Shown here piece after piece: positions 59,242-64,000 of a DNA stretch of 64,000 nt. This stretch comes from a virus. A program made the translations under genes and the position numbers. Positions within the stretch are counted from its first letter, which is position 1. Each line of letters starts with the position of its first letter. The notes under the pieces are model-generated. The model did no database searches and was not told the origin of the DNA. It was given only the letters and a program-made list of their open reading frames with translations. Location: IMG/VR virus record IMGVR_UViG_3300035501_000778, positions 3,717 to 67,716 of that record; one strand, written 5' to 3'.

Positions 59242-60504
59242 ATGTTACTCTCTACTGTCGAAGAGTTGAACGCTCTTCTCCCCGCCAATGTCAGTTGCAA
59301 CGCCACCCGCTTGCTCACCCTCATGCAGCAGACCGAGGAATCCTACCTGCGCCCCATCTTGGGCCAGTCTCTTTTCCATGCCGTCTGCCGTGCATACATG
59401 GATATAACCTCCAACACCGAACTCTATCCCAATGGTGTCTATGGCCTGCTCCCTGTGCCGGGTGTCGACTCCACTGCCGAGGCACCCGAGCTGAAGCTCA
59501 TCCGCCTGCTCCAGGTGCCCCTTGTCTACATGACCCTCGCCAATAATGCCACGTTGCTTTCCGTCAGTCTCAACGATGGCGGTCTTAATGCCGTCAGTGC
59601 CGATGGCTACGATGCCGTCAGCAAGGAGGACCGCGAGGCCTTCTCCAAGGATTGCTACCTCAATGCCCACCGCGGATTGGAGTGCGTCCTGATGTTCCTC
59701 GAGGAAGATGCACGCTCCGCCAACCCCGTATTCCTCCCCTTGTGGCAGGAGTCCACGGCCTTCTACGAGCAGAACGACCTCTTCCTTCGCACCGCTGTGT
59801 CGCTGGACCGCTATGTGTCTATCTCCCAGTCGCGCGAGACCTACCTCACCGTCGTGCCCTCCATTCGCCGTGCCCAGGAAACCTACATCCGCCCCGAGTT
59901 GGGCGACCGTCTTGTCGATGCGCTCTTGGCCTTCAATGTCCTTGGTCCGCAACCCATGCCCGAAGAGTCCGAGGATATCACCACCGCGGAACCCACCGAG
60001 GGTACCGCCGAGGATACCACCGCCGAGGATACCACGGAATCCACCGCGGAACCTTCATTCGTAGATAGATATGCCGCGGACTTCGACCCCTACTCCTACG
60101 TCTATGCCCCCGATGTGTTCCTCGATTTGGAGTCCTATCGCCCCTATCTTCCTTACGCGCAGACCAGCACCCTCCCCGCTGGCGAGTTGCAGAAACTCCG
60201 TGTGTGGACGCGTGCTCTCCATCTCGTTTCCTCTGCCGTAGCCTACTATGCCGAGAACGATGTCAAGCGCCTTCGTCGTAGCGAGTCACACAACGATGCC
60301 ATGATGGCCCTGGCCCGCGCCAAGGATTACATCGAGGGCAACACCTCGTCCTTCGCGGGAGTCATCGAGGATAGTCCCCTCTTCCATCCCATAGCGTCCA
60401 CCTATTCGCTGCGCAATCCCCAGCCCGTCCAGTCCGACGAGCACCCCGCCTCCAAGCAGGAACCAGGATATGTCCACGACCCCTTCGGCTCGTTTTTTCT
60501 TTAA
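59242..60504 (+). CDS. Probable head-tail adaptor (DUF6712-like)
   Basis: Internal duplication EESYLRPILG / QETYIRPELG. Confidence 0.55.
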   Translation: MLLSTVEELNALLPANVSCNATRLLTLMQQTEESYLRPILGQSLFHAVCRAYMDITSNTELYPNGVYGLLPVPGVDSTAEAPELKLIRLLQVPLVYMTLANNATLLSVSLNDGGLNAVSADGYDAVSKEDREAFSKDCYLNAHRGLECVLMFLEEDARSANPVFLPLWQESTAFYEQNDLFLRTAVSLDRYVSISQSRETYLTVVPSIRRAQETYIRPELGDRLVDALLAFNVLGPQPMPEESEDITTAEPTEGTAEDTTAEDTTESTAEPSFVDRYAADFDPYSYVYAPDVFLDLESYRPYLPYAQTSTLPAGELQKLRVWTRALHLVSSAVAYYAENDVKRLRRSESHNDAMMALARAKDYIEGNTSSFAGVIEDSPLFHPIASTYSLRNPQPVQSDEHPASKQEPGYVHDPFGSFFL

Positions 60505-60572
60505 ATAATCTTAAAGAGAGATACACCTTTGTTCCCCTGCGATTATCTTTGCGATTACTAACACGTTTGGAT

Positions 60573-60728
60573 ATGGAAGATGAAGAGAACAAAGAACCCG
60601 ATGAAACCGTAAGGGAAAAGAAAAGCCGTGAAGGATGGGATGATGCTTTCAAGCGTTATGTCAGTGAGGGAGAAGATGAACTGCTGCTCCCCGATTTCTT
60701 GGATGTGGAGTTGGAAAAATTCCTCTGA
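60573..60728 (+). CDS. 51-aa acidic peptide resembling a MazE/AbrB antitoxin C-terminus
   Basis: SREGWDDAFKRY..EGEDELLLPDF; own TATCTTTG promoter at 60544. Confidence 0.5.
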   Translation: MEDEENKEPDETVREKKSREGWDDAFKRYVSEGEDELLLPDFLDVELEKFL

Positions 60729-60807
60729 CCTCCCTCGCAAAAAGTCCTATATTAATACGCGCGCAAGCATTAGCTTTGCGCCCGTATTAATATAACGGCA
60801 AATAAAA

Positions 60808-63800
60808 ATGACATCCGAACGTAAGTCCTCTAACTACTTCATTCCGCAGGGTAAATTCCTACTCACGGAAAATGCGTTGGGTAATCCCGACCTTATCCAG
60901 AGCAGCGTATCGTCCGATTGCACCGTCACGATAGTTGACTCCGCCAACTTCCCCTTGACTGCATTGGAGGAATGGCCCTCGTTCAAACTCCGTACCAACG
61001 ACATCCGCCTCACGGGTGGCAGTGGCGCTTATAATATCTACCTCGTCGTACCTCGTTCGTCCGACGTCCGCAGTTATGCCTCCATCGGTTTCACTACACA
61101 GACGCTCGACATCAACGGACGCACTGCCGACGGCACCCAGGTGGGCGATGCCGACTATTGTTTCTACCTCTGTGGCTCTGTCAGTGCGCAGGGTGGCAAC
61201 TCATCCGCGTCCACCTCTCCCGCAGGCATGGGCCGTGCCATCACCATGGACCTTGGCACCACCCCGCCCGTCGTCAACCTCCCCGATGAAGTTACGGACT
61301 ACACGAAAGTCTTCGATATTGTCAAGCCCGACGAGAGCAACACCAACTCCTGGTTGCTCCGCATCCTTTCCCCCATCACGTCTATGGTGGCCCGCTCCCT
61401 CACGCTCGGCCCCTCCGACGATGAACACACCGTCACCTCCGTGGCTGTGTCTTCCGATGCGTCCGACTCTTTCTCGGGGGACGATGCCCAGCTCGCCACC
61501 TCCGGTTGGGTCATGGCGCAGTTCGGCTCCCTCGATGCGCAGTACCTCCGCAAGGATGTCGAGGACTCCGCTGCCGAAGTCATTCAGTTTGCCAAGGGCC
61601 TCACCGCAGGTTCCTTCGTGTCGGGCACGTCCGGCGCATCCCTGCTCGTCGACCCCTCCACGGGTCAGACTACTGCCGAAGTGGACCGCCTCTACGTCCG
61701 CCTTCGTGCTTACTACGAGTCTCTCCAGGTTGCCGATGTCAACTCCGTCCGTGGCAAGCAGGTAATCTCCGAGGGTGGTGGCGTCACCGTCTCCCTCGTT
61801 CGCAGTCATGCTGATGATGCCTCCGTACCCTCCGATGCGGTCCGCATCTTCTTCCTCGCCTCGCAGGATGGTGTTTCCGTCTCCAACCCCTACCGCGTGG
61901 GCGACCAGCTGCAATGCCGTCAGTTCAATCTCTCGCAGGATGGCTCCCTCTCTGCCCCTGCCTCTCACTACTATTGGCGCCTCGTGTCGGCGGTCTCTTC
62001 CGCTCCCGTCACGATAGGCGAGTTGGGCTACCATTATGTCGACCTCTCCCTCACCGATGCCGATGCAGGCTCCGACCTCCCTCTCGCTGGCGATGTTGTG
62101 GCGCAGGTGGGTTCGCGCACCGATGCCGAACGTCAGTCCGCCCTCGTCTTCTCCAGCGTCGATAACAATTCCCCTGCCATTACGCTCTATGCAGGCATCA
62201 ACTCCTACTCCTTGGTGGGTGCCGAAGTCGTGTCCTTTGGCTACGACAAGTCATTGGGCCGTGCCGTGATGCGAGTCTACGGCGATATGTATGTCGGTGC
62301 TCGCGACGGCTCTTCCTACCTCGAATACACCCCCGAGAACGGTGTCCGCCTCAAAGCGCGTATCGATGTCTCTTCTACGATTGGTGATAAGTCGATCGCC
62401 GATTACACCCAGGGTATCGCTCTGTCCGAGGCCGATAAGGTCCGTGCCGAACTCCATACCGAAGTCTCCACCCTTACCTCCGACCTCTCCGCCACCTCTT
62501 CCGCCGTGGCCTCCCTCAAGGATTTCACCGACGATGTCTTTGCCGATGGAGTCGTGGCGCGTGCCGAGCGTGTGCAGGTCGAGAGCCTGCTCTCCACCCT
62601 CGCTACCACCAAGGCCGATGCGGACAATGCTTACTCCGTCGTCTATGCCAACACCCTTCTCGTGGGCAACGACAAGCAGAATCTTGCCTCGTCTTACTCC
62701 GCCCTCTCTACGGCTTACACCGAGTTGGTCACTGTCATTCAGTCTGTCATCTCCGGCAGCGAAGTCACCGCTTCGCAGCGTGCGGCGGTCGATGCCAAGT
62801 ACACCCTCTTCAACACCAAGTACGGCGATTTCACGGCCTATCTCCATGCAGCCAACCGCTTCATCCTCTCGCAGCTCGATGCGTCCATCTCTGCCGTCAG
62901 CGATAAGTATGCGTATCTCCTGCCTGCCCTCGCTGCCAACACGACGGTGGTCGATGGCGGTCTTATTCTGTCCTCCGTCCTTTCGTTGGGCACGAACAAC
63001 ACTTCCCTTGGCGAGCAGATTACTTACGCGGGTCTCTCCGGTTTGGTGCGCGAGGACGAGGACCATAAGGGCATCGCCTTTTGGGCCGGCGGAGATATGG
63101 TGGACATCTTCGAGTATTACAACCCCACCACTCGCAAGTTCGATGTCCCCGATGGCGTCCGTCCTGCCATGTCGGTGGACCGCATGGACGGCACAGGCTA
63201 CCGTGCGGGCGGTGCGTTTTATTGGGACCTCGACGGCCGTATCCATGCCGACCCGCTCTCGTTCTTCGTGGGCAAGGAACAGTTCGGCTATCTGCTCTCC
63301 GCGTTCCAGACCGTAGCCAACAACGATACGCTCTCTTACGTCATTCCCCAGGTTCCCTTCCAGTCCTTGCAGGTGGCCACCTCTCTCTCGGTGGGCGATT
63401 CCATCCTCTTGGGCGATGCTTACCTCCGCTACGATAAGTCCACCAACTCTGTTTATGTCGAGAAACCCGATGGCTCCAAGGTGAACTTCTATGCCACGGG
63501 CGAAGTGTCTGCGCTGGGCGCTGCCTCTGCATCGTCGGGTAACTCCGGCGGTCTGTCTTACGACCGTCTTGATGCGTGGTCCGATTACTCTGCGGATAAG
63601 AGTGGCTATGTCCTCTCCGCTTTGTTGGGCTACGATTTGTTCGAGCGTATCTCTTCCCTCGAGGGCGGTTCTGCCACCACCATTCTCACCACAGGCGATG
63701 GCAATGCCGTCACGGCTATCACCAAGTCGGGTTCTATCCTCACGGTACATAAGGGCAGCAAGTTCCTTACGGAACATCAGTCGCTTGCGAAGTACGACAC

Positions 63801-64000
63801 CCATGTGGCGGACACGACCGTCCATATCACCTCTGCCGAGCGCACCAAGTGGAACAAGGTAGTCTCCGATTTTGCAGCCATCACGGGTAGCGATACGGAT
63901 AACATCATCAACCGATGGGAGGAAGTGGTTGCTTTCCTTGATACCTACACCGAGGCGGACACCCTTGCCAACCTCCTTTCTAACAAGGCGGACAAGGCGA
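60808..64000 (+). CDS. Large tail fibre / host-specificity protein (3'-partial)
   Basis: Frame 1 reads open from ATG 60808 to the window end (hence absent from the ORF track); YLRKD, AFWAGG, NFYATGEVSALG, IINRWEEVVAFL motifs. Confidence 0.8.
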   Translation, partial: MTSERKSSNYFIPQGKFLLTENALGNPDLIQSSVSSDCTVTIVDSANFPLTALEEWPSFKLRTNDIRLTGGSGAYNIYLVVPRSSDVRSYASIGFTTQTLDINGRTADGTQVGDADYCFYLCGSVSAQGGNSSASTSPAGMGRAITMDLGTTPPVVNLPDEVTDYTKVFDIVKPDESNTNSWLLRILSPITSMVARSLTLGPSDDEHTVTSVAVSSDASDSFSGDDAQLATSGWVMAQFGSLDAQYLRKDVEDSAAEVIQFAKGLTAGSFVSGTSGASLLVDPSTGQTTAEVDRLYVRLRAYYESLQVADVNSVRGKQVISEGGGVTVSLVRSHADDASVPSDAVRIFFLASQDGVSVSNPYRVGDQLQCRQFNLSQDGSLSAPASHYYWRLVSAVSSAPVTIGELGYHYVDLSLTDADAGSDLPLAGDVVAQVGSRTDAERQSALVFSSVDNNSPAITLYAGINSYSLVGAEVVSFGYDKSLGRAVMRVYGDMYVGARDGSSYLEYTPENGVRLKARIDVSSTIGDKSIADYTQGIALSEADKVRAELHTEVSTLTSDLSATSSAVASLKDFTDDVFADGVVARAERVQVESLLSTLATTKADADNAYSVVYANTLLVGNDKQNLASSYSALSTAYTELVTVIQSVISGSEVTASQRAAVDAKYTLFNTKYGDFTAYLHAANRFILSQLDASISAVSDKYAYLLPALAANTTVVDGGLILSSVLSLGTNNTSLGEQITYAGLSGLVREDEDHKGIAFWAGGDMVDIFEYYNPTTRKFDVPDGVRPAMSVDRMDGTGYRAGGAFYWDLDGRIHADPLSFFVGKEQFGYLLSAFQTVANNDTLSYVIPQVPFQSLQVATSLSVGDSILLGDAYLRYDKSTNSVYVEKPDGSKVNFYATGEVSALGAASASSGNSGGLSYDRLDAWSDYSADKSGYVLSALLGYDLFERISSLEGGSATTILTTGDGNAVTAITKSGSILTVHKGSKFLTEHQSLAKYDTHVADTTVHITSAERTKWNKVVSDFAAITGSDTDNIINRWEEVVAFLDTYTEADTLANLLSNKADKA

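Noticed and set aside
239-63862. Long antisense/overlapping ORFs (e.g. 239..1327, 3687..4997, 33130..34056, 49355..50737, 62251..63825)
   Set aside because: Shadows of strongly biased genuine genes; no motifs or start context
1-64000. Diversity-generating retroelement, integrase or protelomerase
   Set aside because: No reverse transcriptase, recombinase or telomere-resolvase motifs and no TR/VR pair recognised in this window
1-64000. Stop-codon reassignment
   Set aside because: Genes are intact and densely packed under the standard bacterial code; TAG and TGA both end genes

Overview
64 kb of a temperate tailed phage of a Bacteroidota host (TAnnTTTG promoters, A-rich translation starts) that also carries a plasmid replicon, i.e. 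a phage-plasmid. Virion genes (S49 protease/scaffold, capsid, tail tube, tail protein, portal, TerL, adaptor, tail fibre) are scattered on both strands and share a promoter signature RTCCTWTAT-N18-TAnnTTTG. The centre holds a Rep_3-type initiator with two inverted 5x22-bp iteron arrays plus an unrelated 32-bp array, a ParA plus RHH-adaptor cassette with six dispersed 17-bp-period arrays, a PAPS-reductase-family gene split at a G9 tract and an initiator-like tRNA-Met. After an HTH switch and a 1.3-kb non-coding region (rRNA-like promoter, boxA, ~650-nt hairpin-rich leader) comes a long rightward run of accessory/early genes. Family assignments are from motif recognition by eye; no database search was run.
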